Source: an uncultured Synechococcus sp. (GTDB taxonomy: Bacteria > Cyanobacteriota > Cyanobacteriia > Pseudanabaenales > Pseudanabaenaceae). Taken from it: DNA of 32,158 bases. Each line of letters opens with the position of its first letter. Position 1 is the stretch's first letter. The notes under the pieces are model-generated. The model was not told the origin of the DNA. It saw nothing but the letters and a program-made list of their open reading frames with translations, and searched no databases. The DNA lies in NCBI GenBank assembly GCA_964560035.1, contig CAZLKI010000001.1:1-32158 (forward strand), written 5' to 3'. The translations under genes and the position numbers were made by a program. This document shows, piece by piece, positions 1 through 8,924 of this stretch.

Positions 1-40
1 ATCCTGAAGAACTCGATCCTGAAGAACTCGATCCTGAAGA
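1..40 (+). repeat. 15-bp in-frame tandem repeat (GATCCTGAAGAACTC), about 2.6 copies visible, encoding (DPEEL)n
   Basis: ATCCTGAAGAACTCG ATCCTGAAGAACTCG ATCCTGAAGA read directly; it may continue beyond the window edge. Confidence 0.9.
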
Positions 41-293
41 TCGGTATTCCGAACCTGTATATTTAGGCGATATTGCGATCTCTGTGCCTACTGCCATGAA
101 TCAAGCACTAGAGCAAGGTCATTCTATCAATTATGAATTAGTTTGGTTGGCAGCCCACGGATTACTACATCTTTTAGGCTGGGATCATCCTAGCGATCGA
201 TGTTTAGAAGAAATGTTAGCAGAGCAAGAATTGTTAATTCAAGCACTTTATTTAGATAAAACCTTTGATAAAAGTTTCAGTATCAAAACCTAA
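1..293 (+). CDS. ybeY: rRNA maturation endoribonuclease YbeY (5'-truncated by the window edge)
   Basis: The frame from position 3 reads [31 protein letters not shown]...[15 protein letters not shown]. It has the LGDIxIS motif and the HGxLHLLGxDH zinc motif, and lies upstream of dgkA as usual. Confidence 0.93.
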   Translation, partial: PEELDPEELDPEDRYSEPVYLGDIAISVPTAMNQALEQGHSINYELVWLAAHGLLHLLGWDHPSDRCLEEMLAEQELLIQALYLDKTFDKSFSIKT

Positions 294-325
294 AGAAAAA
301 CCCAAGAATTAGTAAGATAGCCTGT

Positions 326-832
326 ATGTCACCTAAAGTGTTTTCTGAAGCCTCATCTGAGAATAATATGAACTCTGAACTCCATCGGCGTAATCCTATA
401 GATATGAGAGATATGAATGTTGAGATCAGATCTACTCAAGAGCAGGCAGAGCGCAAGCAGTCTTTACAAGTTGCAGCTAACCTGTGGGCGAGTTTTAACT
501 TTGCATGGCAGGGGTTTTCCTATGCCTTTAGAACTCAAAGAAATTTCCGTATTCACGCCCTCATTGGCAGTATTGCTTTGGGTTTGAGCCTTTACTTAGA
601 ATTACCTGCGGTCGATCTGGCGATAATTAGTCTGACCAGTGGTGCTGTCTTGGCAATGGAATTAATTAATACGGCTTTAGAGTCAGTGGTGGATTTAACC
701 GTCGGACAAAAATACGATCCCCTAGCTAAGATTGCCAAAGATTGTGCGGCGGCGGCTGTTTTAGTTTCAGCGACGATTGCTTTGGGTGTAGCATCGGTTT
801 TATTGTTACCGCCTTTAGTCTCCTTGATTTAA
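326..832 (+). CDS. dgkA: diacylglycerol/undecaprenol kinase family protein
   Basis: SFxFAxxG...QRNFRIH, ELINTALESVVD and AKIAKDCAAAAVL motifs with transmembrane segments; the true start may be downstream. Confidence 0.92.
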   Translation: MSPKVFSEASSENNMNSELHRRNPIDMRDMNVEIRSTQEQAERKQSLQVAANLWASFNFAWQGFSYAFRTQRNFRIHALIGSIALGLSLYLELPAVDLAIISLTSGAVLAMELINTALESVVDLTVGQKYDPLAKIAKDCAAAAVLVSATIALGVASVLLLPPLVSLI

Positions 833-955
833 GAATATAATTTAGGATTTAAGTCGCATCCTCATTTAAAACCTTCGATCGCTAATTTTGGATTTGAGTT
901 CGCGATCTCAGTCAGAATGAGATAATATAGATACCTTAAATGTCTCTAAAGCTCA

Positions 956-2434
956 ATGCCTGAATCTTGCCTTAGCTACAATGATCGCTCTTTTGACGAT
1001 CGCCCCGATGTTCCTGAAGAAGCCTGTGGGGTTTTTGGGGTATTTTTGCTCCAATGCGATTTAACTACAACTAACGCTGCCAAACTCACTTATTTTGGAC
1101 TATATGCGCTCCAACATCGCGGACAAGAGTCGGCGGGAATTACCAGTTTTGACGTTGATGGCAGTTGTTACACCCATAAAGATATGGGATTGGTATCGCA
1201 AGTATTTAACGAACAAAATCTAAATAGCCTTCCCGGATCTATAGCGATCGGGCATAACCGTTATTCGACCACTGGTTCTAGTAAAATTGCTAACGCTCAG
1301 CCTGTAGTGGTGTCTACACGGTTGGGAAATTTGGCTTTAGCCCATAATGGTAATCTAGTAAATGCCGAATCACTCCGCAGCGAACTAATAGCAAAAGGAT
1401 TTGAGTTAAGCTCTAGTTCTGACTCTGAAGGTATTGCTTTCGCGATCGCTGAGTCTATAAATAATGGTAAAAACTGGATAGAAGGAATTAAAGAAGCTTT
1501 GGGGCGATGTCAAGGCGCATTTAGTTTGGTAATTGGCACTGCCGAGGGTATTGTTGGTGCCAGAGATGGCTATGGTATTCGCCCTTTAGTGATCGGACAA
1601 ACCGAAGACGGTAGTTATGTATTAGCTTCTGAAACCTGCGGCTTAGATATCATCGGGGCAAAGTATATTCGAGATGTGAATGCGGGTGAATTAGTTTGGA
1701 TTGACAATTCGGGTTTAACTTCTTATCAATGGCTCATTGAGGCACTGCCCAAACTCTGCGTCTTTGAGATGATTTACTTTGCGCGTCCTGATAGTGTGAT
1801 GAATGGAGAAAGTTTATACAGCTATCGCATGAGACTAGGTAAAAGCTTGGCACTAGAGTCCCCTGCTGAGGCAGATATTGTCATCGGCGTTCCTGATTCG
1901 GGTATTCCTGCGGCGATCGGTTACTCACAAGCCTCTGGCATTCCGTATGTAGAAGGGTTAATTAAAAATCGCTATGTCGGACGCACTTTTATCCAGCCCA
2001 CTCAAGCCATGCGTGAATCGGGAATTAGAATGAAGCTAAATCCACTTAAAGATGTGTTAGCAGGAAAACGGGTAATTGTGATCGATGATTCGATCGTCCG
2101 TGGTACGACCAGTCGTAAATTAGTACAGGCACTGCGAGAGGCTGGGGCAACCGAAATCCATATGCGAATTTCATCTCCGCCTGTAACCCATCCTTGCTTT
2201 TATGGCATTGATACAGACTCCCAAGATCATTTAATTGCCGCAACTAAATCTGTGGAAGCGATCGCTAAAATAATAAACGTAGATTCCTTGGCATATTTAA
2301 GTCACGCTAGTATGCTTAGAGAAACCAATGTCGATACTAATAATTTTTGTTCTGCTTGCTTTACTGGTGATTATCCGATCCCCGTACCCGATCGGTTGAA
2401 ACGTGCCAAACTTATCCTCGAACCTCAGCTTTAA
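956..2434 (+). CDS. purF: amidophosphoribosyltransferase
   Basis: EEACGVFG catalytic Cys, LQHRGQESAG, GHNRYSTTG, PRPP loop VIDDSIVRGTTS, and Fe-S cysteines (PCFYGID, FCSACF). Confidence 0.98.
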   Translation: MPESCLSYNDRSFDDRPDVPEEACGVFGVFLLQCDLTTTNAAKLTYFGLYALQHRGQESAGITSFDVDGSCYTHKDMGLVSQVFNEQNLNSLPGSIAIGHNRYSTTGSSKIANAQPVVVSTRLGNLALAHNGNLVNAESLRSELIAKGFELSSSSDSEGIAFAIAESINNGKNWIEGIKEALGRCQGAFSLVIGTAEGIVGARDGYGIRPLVIGQTEDGSYVLASETCGLDIIGAKYIRDVNAGELVWIDNSGLTSYQWLIEALPKLCVFEMIYFARPDSVMNGESLYSYRMRLGKSLALESPAEADIVIGVPDSGIPAAIGYSQASGIPYVEGLIKNRYVGRTFIQPTQAMRESGIRMKLNPLKDVLAGKRVIVIDDSIVRGTTSRKLVQALREAGATEIHMRISSPPVTHPCFYGIDTDSQDHLIAATKSVEAIAKIINVDSLAYLSHASMLRETNVDTNNFCSACFTGDYPIPVPDRLKRAKLILEPQL

Positions 2435-2484
2435 TTTAATTCTTTATTTTAAGTCAAATCTATTAATTCAAGTTTAAGCCAATT

Positions 2485-2949
2485 ATGAGTAAAGTTCTAT
2501 TTCATCTTGCCTTCCCTGTAATTGATATTGCTAGCACTAAAGCTTTTTATGTAGATGGTTTGGGTTGTTTGGCAGGTAGAGAATCGTCTAATTCTCTGAT
2601 CCTTAGTTTGTACGGACACCAATTAGTTGCTCACGTCATTCCCGAAATACCAAGCCCGCAAGCAGGAATTTATCCGCGTCATTTTGGCTTAGTATTTCAA
2701 TCAGAAAGCAATTGGCTGACATTATTGGAAAGAATCCATGATAAAAGACTAAAATTTCACCAGCAGCCTAAAATTAGATTTGTAGATACACCCCTAGAGC
2801 ATCGCACTTTTTTCTTAGCCGATCTTTCAGGTAATATTTTAGAGTTCAAGCATTACAAATTTGAGTCAGCTATTTTTGGTGAAACTACTTATAACCAAGT
2901 CGGAGATTTAAGCCCAGTTTCAGTGCCTACCGTTCAACACATCTATTAA
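2485..2949 (+). CDS. VOC/glyoxalase (extradiol dioxygenase-like) family protein
   Basis: FHLAFPV...FYVDGLGC, YPRHFGLVF and FFLADLSGNILEFK metal-ligand pattern. Confidence 0.88.
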   Translation: MSKVLFHLAFPVIDIASTKAFYVDGLGCLAGRESSNSLILSLYGHQLVAHVIPEIPSPQAGIYPRHFGLVFQSESNWLTLLERIHDKRLKFHQQPKIRFVDTPLEHRTFFLADLSGNILEFKHYKFESAIFGETTYNQVGDLSPVSVPTVQHIY

Positions 2950-3134
2950 TTAAGAGATTGATATTCTAATTAATACTGATGTTACGCAGAAGTCAACTGT
3001 CCCTCATCCCCTTCTCCCAAGTAGAGAGAAGGGGAGTAATACAGGTTTTTCTTGTTCCCTCTCCCGTTTTGGGAGAGGGCTAGGGTGAGGGTCTTAAATT
3101 CTTCCGCGTAAGGTGAGTTAAGAGATTGATATTC
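2950..3134. mobile_element. MITE-like dispersed palindromic element with imperfect terminal inverted repeats and a flanking 17-bp direct repeat
   Basis: TTAAGAGATTGATATTC at 2950-2966 and 3118-3134. Imperfect inverted repeat ACTGATGTTACGCAGAAG (2975-2992) / CTTCCGCGTAAGGTGAGT (3101-3118), 14/18 matches. Internal GC-rich stems TCCCCTTCTC..GAGAAGGGGA (3007-3035) and CCCTCTCCC..GGGAGAGGG (3057-3079), closed by CCCTCA/TGAGGG. Confidence 0.65.
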
Positions 3135-3148
3135 AGTCCTAACAGACA

Positions 3149-3292
3149 TTAAGAGCTATTTCCTTCCTTCAACTTTTGGCGTAGGGTTTGGAATTTTTTC
3201 TTTAGTTGTCGTGTGCGAGCCGAGCCACCTTTACCCTTAGTATTTCTACCTTCACTGCGGGGAGATTCCCATCTTTTAAGTTGTTGAGCCAT
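3149..3292 (-). CDS. small basic protein, 47 aa (not in the ORF track)
   Basis: Manual translation: MAQQLKRWESPRSEGRNTKGKGGSARTRQLKKKFQTLRQKLKEGNSS*. SD-like AAAGGT upstream of the ATG. It resembles, from memory, a small cyanobacterial family with a GRNxKGKGGSARxRQ core. Confidence 0.72.
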   Translation of the reverse strand: MAQQLKRWESPRSEGRNTKGKGGSARTRQLKKKFQTLRQKLKEGNSS

Positions 3293-3496
3293 AGTTATTT
3301 ACCTTTATTGTCTTATTTGTTACTTTTGAGCGATCGCCAATCCATTTGAGATCGACTCCGAATATCCTCTAAAAATTGAAACCGTAAAAATTGAAGCTCG
3401 ATCGTAACTTTAACCGATTTTGAAAGTGGCACACTAAGACCTATCACTTGAGACTAGATCTTTTAATCTTAGGAGATAACTTTCGCATGAAAATAT

Positions 3497-5371
3497 ATGG
3501 CAGCTTACATCAACAGTATTGGGCAGTTTCTCCCCGGAGCGGCGATCGCTAATTCGCAAATGGAAGACTATTTAGGCATGATAAGCGGAAAACCTTCTAA
3601 GGTCAAAAATCGTATTCTTAAAAGTAATGGGATACAAACGAGATATTATGCGCTAGATCGAGACCAAAAAAGCACCTATCTGAATAGTGAAATGGCGGCT
3701 CGTGCGGTCAGGAATACAATCCAAAATGTAGATTTAGAACCTGATGCAATCGATTTACTTGCCTGTGCTACGACTTGGGCGGATACGATCGTTCCGAGCT
3801 TTGCGAGTATGGTGCATGGAGAACTATCAGAATTTCCACCTTTAGAAATTATTTCGACCCAAGGTGTATGCTGTGCTGGTATTTCGGCTCTTAAGTATGC
3901 CTCTAGCCAAGTGGAATTAGGTTATAAACAGAATGCGATCGCCGTGGCTTCGGAAATGCCTTCCCGCTTATTTAAAGCTAAGAGATTTGAAGCCGAAACA
4001 AAAATTAAAGACGGTAAATCTATCCCTTTTGATACGGAATTTTTACGATGGATGCTATCTGACGGTGCGGGGGCGATGCTGGTTCAAGATCGTCCTAATG
4101 CTAAAGGAATCAGTCTTAAGATTGAATGGATTGAATTGATTTCTCATGCCAATGCTTATCCCGTGTGTATGTATGCTGGAGCGGAAAATGAGACTATGAA
4201 TAAAACTTGGATGAATTATGATTCTTATCAGGAGGCGGCGATCGCGGGTGGGCTTAATCTAAGGCAAAATATTCGGCTTTTAGATAACGTAATCAAGTTG
4301 GGAGTAGAAGGCTGGTTAAAACTAATTGCCGCAGGAAAAGTAAATCCACAAGATCTAGATTGGCTGTTATGTCACTACTCATCTCACTTTTTTCGCAGTC
4401 AAATTGTGGAATTATTAGAGCAAGCAAATTGCATGATTCCCGAACATAAATGGTTTACGAATCTCTATACTAAGGGTAATACGGGCTGCGCTTCGATTTA
4501 TCTGATGTTAGAAGAGCTTTTTAATTCGGGCAAATTAGAACTAGGACAAAAGATCTTCTGCTTTATTCCTGAGAGTGGACGTTTTACCACAGCCTATATG
4601 ATGCTAACAGTTGTAGGAACGGATGTAGGAACCGAACCGAAATTTCAATCTAATCCGATCGCTTGCAATCAACTATTATCTCTCCAACTTTCAGAACAAC
4701 CTTTAGAATCTTTAAGCTCTAATACAATATCAGAAAAACTTCTACAGGATTTAGCAATTATTTGGTTAGACTTTGAACGCAGAGTGCGATCTGTGCCCAT
4801 AGTTAGAAAACTCCATCGAAGTGAATTTACCTTAACTGATTACAAGGCATTGCTAAAGAATCTTCGTCCTCAAGTTGTAGAGGGAGCGAGATGGATTGCC
4901 CGTGCGGCATCTAATATGATAGATTTTCGGTTACGTTCCACTTTTATCGGACACGCTCAAGATGAACATCGAGATTATCAAATGCTAGAACGAAATTATG
5001 TCTCAGTAGGTGGAGAGTTAAAAGAGATTACCGAGTCTCCTAAGAATATTGGCAGTGAAGCTCTATCCGCATTTATCTTCCATCAAGCATCCCAGCCCGA
5101 TCCTGTGGACTTGATCGGCAGTATGTTCATTATAGAAGGGATAGGAAATAAACTAGCAGGAAGCTGGGCAGAACAGATTAAAAGAACTTTAAATCTCATT
5201 AACGAGCAAGTATCTTTTCTCAGCTACCACAGTGCTAATGATGAATCTCATTTGGCTAAATTAGAGGCGTTAATTAAGGCAGAATGGATGACGGAAGCGA
5301 TCGCCCAACGCATAGTTAAAACCGCAAAAGTTACAGCTCGATTATATCTATTACAACTGGAGGAAATATGA
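3497..5371 (+). CDS. DarB/StlD-type beta-ketoacyl synthase III fused to a C-terminal heme-oxygenase-like (iron-containing redox enzyme) domain
   Basis: N-terminal ~373 aa: ILKSNGIQTRYYA, catalytic GVCCAG, DarB-type FLRWMLSDGAGA, LCHYSS and GNTGCASIY, PESGRF. C-terminal ~210 aa helical domain with QVVEGARW, HAQDEHRDY, FIIEGIG and YHSANDESH metal-ligand-like motifs. Confidence 0.85.
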   Translation: MAAYINSIGQFLPGAAIANSQMEDYLGMISGKPSKVKNRILKSNGIQTRYYALDRDQKSTYLNSEMAARAVRNTIQNVDLEPDAIDLLACATTWADTIVPSFASMVHGELSEFPPLEIISTQGVCCAGISALKYASSQVELGYKQNAIAVASEMPSRLFKAKRFEAETKIKDGKSIPFDTEFLRWMLSDGAGAMLVQDRPNAKGISLKIEWIELISHANAYPVCMYAGAENETMNKTWMNYDSYQEAAIAGGLNLRQNIRLLDNVIKLGVEGWLKLIAAGKVNPQDLDWLLCHYSSHFFRSQIVELLEQANCMIPEHKWFTNLYTKGNTGCASIYLMLEELFNSGKLELGQKIFCFIPESGRFTTAYMMLTVVGTDVGTEPKFQSNPIACNQLLSLQLSEQPLESLSSNTISEKLLQDLAIIWLDFERRVRSVPIVRKLHRSEFTLTDYKALLKNLRPQVVEGARWIARAASNMIDFRLRSTFIGHAQDEHRDYQMLERNYVSVGGELKEITESPKNIGSEALSAFIFHQASQPDPVDLIGSMFIIEGIGNKLAGSWAEQIKRTLNLINEQVSFLSYHSANDESHLAKLEALIKAEWMTEAIAQRIVKTAKVTARLYLLQLEEI

Positions 5372-6303
5372 TTTATCCACCTCGCGATCGCACAAACCCA
5401 AGTGCATGGGAAGCTCTTTACCTCGATCGGGCAATTCCCGTAGATATGACTGCGAAGGCGTACATGATTAAAGACTTACAGAGTTGGAGTCGGAGTTATC
5501 TGCTGATTCCGATTAAGGTAATTGCCAATATCTTGCTGGCTGTAATTATGACCCTAAAGCGCATTCTGCCGTTTCAGTTTAGGGCGTATCAACTTATGCA
5601 CCGTGGAGCCGCTATATTTCTCAAGCATTTTGCCTCACCCGAAGCCTGTTATCTGATTATCCGCCATATCTGTATTGGTTCTAATATCGTCAATTTTTTG
5701 ATTGATAATGGTGCCGATCCTCATATTCAAAAATCCCAACTTTATCCCAAAACCGTTGACGATTTGGCAGACAATGCTTTTTTAGAACACGACCTGATTC
5801 TCTATAACTTCGTCCTTGATTATAATGAAGCGCAATTAAGGAATCCTAACTGGCTGGAAGAGGTTCATGCTAAAGGGCTTAACTATGAGAGCATTCAAGC
5901 CGTTCGAGTAGATGTGGATTTATCTAAACGCAGTTGGCACCAGATTTTAGATTTAGAATCGGCGATCGAATTGTTTAAGGTATTTTATTCCTTGTGTCTG
6001 ACCAGTGATGAATTTGCAAGGGCTGTACTTTCTTTACAATTTGATGAAAATTTCGGCTGTTACATTAGTGCGATCGCCCAAGATTACAACTGGAATCATG
6101 TCATTGCCAACCGCCAACCTCTCGCCCCCAATAGTCCTTTTCATGCCGCTCGCGACCTATTTTTACATGGCATTATCACTGAAGCTCTACATCGCTATTT
6201 AGAGATTAGAAGAGATATTAAACTTAAACCTGAAAACATTGACCTTAAAGCACCAGAGATCGAGCCTCAACCTGAAAACTTTGACCTTAAAGCGCGATCG
6301 TAA
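5368..6303 (+). CDS. uncharacterised protein translationally coupled to the ketosynthase fusion (possibly DUF6999 family)
   Basis: 311-aa ORF with an ATGA start/stop overlap with the upstream gene and one N-terminal hydrophobic stretch. The family label is from memory and unverified. Confidence 0.75.
   Translation: MIYPPRDRTNPSAWEALYLDRAIPVDMTAKAYMIKDLQSWSRSYLLIPIKVIANILLAVIMTLKRILPFQFRAYQLMHRGAAIFLKHFASPEACYLIIRHICIGSNIVNFLIDNGADPHIQKSQLYPKTVDDLADNAFLEHDLILYNFVLDYNEAQLRNPNWLEEVHAKGLNYESIQAVRVDVDLSKRSWHQILDLESAIELFKVFYSLCLTSDEFARAVLSLQFDENFGCYISAIAQDYNWNHVIANRQPLAPNSPFHAARDLFLHGIITEALHRYLEIRRDIKLKPENIDLKAPEIEPQPENFDLKARS
6227..6293 (+). repeat. 25-bp in-frame direct repeat, period 42 (PENIDLKA/PENFDLKA)
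   Basis: AACCTGAAAACATTGACCTTAAAGC (6227-6251) vs AACCTGAAAACTTTGACCTTAAAGC (6269-6293), one mismatch. Confidence 0.85.
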
Positions 6304-6352
6304 GGATAGAGATTATAATTGTTGAGTCTTTAATATTATTTGGGTACAAAGT

Positions 6353-8914
6353 ATGTCGATTTGGGATGTGGAAAAAAGCAAGCATAAGTCCTTTGAAATG
6401 CCGGGTGCCAAACCCCACTACAATCCCGATCGCCCCGGACAAGTCGAGCATATTAAGTTAACTCTCGACCTTAATATTCCCAATCAATCACTACAGGGAA
6501 CTTGTGAAATTACTCTTAATCCAGTCCGCAACGGTATAACTGAATTGTGCTTAGATGCTGTAAATCTGCAAATTGATTCCGTTTGCATCCTAGAAAAACC
6601 GCAAAGATATGAATATGATGGTGAAGTTCTAAAAATTTATCTGTCGGAATTAACAGAAGTTGATAAAAGGATTAATCTAGCGATCGCCTACCAAGCCATT
6701 CAACCCCAACGCGGAATTTACTTCATTCAACCTACGGAACATTATCCATATAAGCCTACTCAGGTTTGGACGCAGGGCGAAGATGAAGACTCAAGGTTTT
6801 GGTTTCCCTGTTTTGATTATCCCGGACAGTTAGCGACTTCAGAAATTATCGTAAAGATTCCTGCGGATTTAATGGCTATTTCTAATGGGAAATTAATAGA
6901 TGTGAAAGCAGAAGGAGAAGAAAGAATCTATCACTGGTATCAAGAACAAATCCATCCGACTTATCTCATGACTCTTGCGGTGGGAGATTTCCTTGAAATT
7001 AAAGATGAATGGGAAGGAATTGAAGTTAATTATTATGTCGATAAATCTCGCACCGAACAAGAAGCCCGCCTGAGTATGGGTAAGACTCCGCGTATGATTG
7101 CCTTTTTCAGCGAAAAATATGGCTATAAATATGCTTTTCCTAAATATGCCCAAGTTTGTGTTGCCGATTTTATCTTTGGTGGAATGGAAAATACTTCCAC
7201 TACTCTTCTTACCGATCGCTGTGTTTTAGACGAACGCGCAGCCCTAGATAATCGTGGTACCGAGAGTCTTGTCGCTCACGAATTGGCACACCAATGGTTT
7301 GGGGACTTAGTAGTAATTAAGCACTGGTCGCACGCTTGGATTAAAGAAGGTGCCGCTACCTATGCCGAAGTGTTATGGACTGAGCATGAATATGGAGCCA
7401 CAGAAGCTGCCTATTATCGTTTGGGTGAAATCCGTAATTACCTTACCGAAGATGCCGAAAGATATCGCCGCCCGATTGTCACCCATATTTATCGCGAAGC
7501 AATTGAACTTTACGATCGCCATCTCTACGAAAAGGGAGGATGCGTTTATCATATGTTACGAACTGAATTGGGAGAAGAGTTATTTTGGAAATCCATTCAT
7601 ACTTTTGTCCGACAAAATGCCCATAAAACCGTGGAAACTATCGATCTATTGCGGGCGATCGAGCAAACTACAGGTAAAAATTATCTATCTCTATTCGATC
7701 AGTATGTATTTAGAGGCGGACATCCCGAATATAAAATCGGATATAGCTGGGACAGTGATAATAATTTAGCAAAAGTAACCGTAACGCAAACTCAAGATGA
7801 GTTGTTTGATTTAAGCATTCCCATCTCTTTTGGATTTGAGAGTAAATCAGAGCTTAAAACCTTTACAGTTAGAATCTTTGAGAAAGATCAGGCACTATAC
7901 TTTCCGCTAGACCAGAAACCCAGTTATGTTAGCTTCGATCACGGTAATAATTATCTCAAGCAGGTCACTTTAGAATATGGATTAGCAGAATTAAAAGCAG
8001 GTTTAGAATTTAATCCCGATCCTCTAGCCAAGATTCAATACGCCGAGGCGATCGCTAAAAAAGGCAGTTTAGAATCCGTAAAAGCACTAGAAAAAGCTCT
8101 CTTAGAAGAACCATTTTGGGGAGTAAGATTAGAAGTAGCCGAAGCATTAGCAAACATCAAGCTCGATCAAGCATTTACCGCCTTAGCAAAAGGTTTAAAC
8201 GATATCGATCCTAGAGTGCGAAGAGCCGTAATTTCTAATTTAGCCAAGACTAAAATTCAAGCTAGTTTGGATTTAATCAAACCCTTTCTCAAAAATGGCG
8301 ATCCTAGCTATAACGTGGAGGCTACGGCTGCCAGTTGCATTGGAGATTTGGCTCAAGTGCTGAGTAATCAATATCCGCCCGATGGCGTAATTCAATTATT
8401 ACAAACCACGCTAGAAGAAAAATCTGGATGGAATGAAGTAGTAAGAAGTGGAGCGATCGCGGGTCTGGCGAAAATTAAGGATTCCGATTTGGCTCTAGAA
8501 ACGATTCTTTTATACACAGCACCTACCACGGCTCAACCTCTGCGTCTGGCAGCAATTCGGGCTTTAGGAACGCTAGGAAAATCCCAAACCAAACCCAAAA
8601 CCGAACAAATTCTCAATCGCTTAGAAGTAATTGCCTTAGAGTCTTTCTTTTTAACTCAAGTTTCTGTAGTGAATGCGTTAGGACAAATAGATAATACTGG
8701 GGCAATCAGAATTCTTCAATCTTTATCCAATCAAACTCCAGATGGTCGAGTTAAACGCATGGCAGATGAGGCAGTTACTAAAGTTCAAGCCGCGATCGGT
8801 TCGGATAGTAGTATTAAACAATTAAGAGAAGAATTAGAAGAACTAAAGAAAAATAATCAGGAAATGAAGAGTCGTTTGGAGGCGATCGAAGCGAAGTCAA
8901 ATAAGTCAAGCTAA
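6353..8914 (+). CDS. pepN: M1 family aminopeptidase with C-terminal HEAT repeats and coiled coil
   Basis: GGMEN exopeptidase motif, HELAHQWFG...WIKEG (HEXXH-X18-E), YEKGG, HEAT repeats and a C-terminal coiled coil. Confidence 0.95.
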   Translation: MSIWDVEKSKHKSFEMPGAKPHYNPDRPGQVEHIKLTLDLNIPNQSLQGTCEITLNPVRNGITELCLDAVNLQIDSVCILEKPQRYEYDGEVLKIYLSELTEVDKRINLAIAYQAIQPQRGIYFIQPTEHYPYKPTQVWTQGEDEDSRFWFPCFDYPGQLATSEIIVKIPADLMAISNGKLIDVKAEGEERIYHWYQEQIHPTYLMTLAVGDFLEIKDEWEGIEVNYYVDKSRTEQEARLSMGKTPRMIAFFSEKYGYKYAFPKYAQVCVADFIFGGMENTSTTLLTDRCVLDERAALDNRGTESLVAHELAHQWFGDLVVIKHWSHAWIKEGAATYAEVLWTEHEYGATEAAYYRLGEIRNYLTEDAERYRRPIVTHIYREAIELYDRHLYEKGGCVYHMLRTELGEELFWKSIHTFVRQNAHKTVETIDLLRAIEQTTGKNYLSLFDQYVFRGGHPEYKIGYSWDSDNNLAKVTVTQTQDELFDLSIPISFGFESKSELKTFTVRIFEKDQALYFPLDQKPSYVSFDHGNNYLKQVTLEYGLAELKAGLEFNPDPLAKIQYAEAIAKKGSLESVKALEKALLEEPFWGVRLEVAEALANIKLDQAFTALAKGLNDIDPRVRRAVISNLAKTKIQASLDLIKPFLKNGDPSYNVEATAASCIGDLAQVLSNQYPPDGVIQLLQTTLEEKSGWNEVVRSGAIAGLAKIKDSDLALETILLYTAPTTAQPLRLAAIRALGTLGKSQTKPKTEQILNRLEVIALESFFLTQVSVVNALGQIDNTGAIRILQSLSNQTPDGRVKRMADEAVTKVQAAIGSDSSIKQLREELEELKKNNQEMKSRLEAIEAKSNKSS
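8792..8900 (+). repeat. copy 1 of a ~109-bp direct repeat (3' end of pepN)
   Basis: Aligns to 10846-10954 at offset 2054 with 101/109 identities; 8820-8892 is a perfect 73-bp match. Confidence 0.95.
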
Positions 8915-8924
8915 TTATAAATTT

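Noticed and set aside
1-40. Repeat at the window start as a CRISPR array
   Set aside because: The 15-bp units are directly adjacent with no spacers and are in frame within ybeY; no cas genes.
2485-2949. VOC protein as part of the ketosynthase cluster
   Set aside because: It is separated by a repeat element and a convergent small gene, and follows purF closely; no evidence of linkage.
3497-6303. Canonical DarAB dialkylresorcinol cluster
   Set aside because: No DarA-like gene in the window; the KAS carries an extra domain and the neighbour does not resemble DarA.
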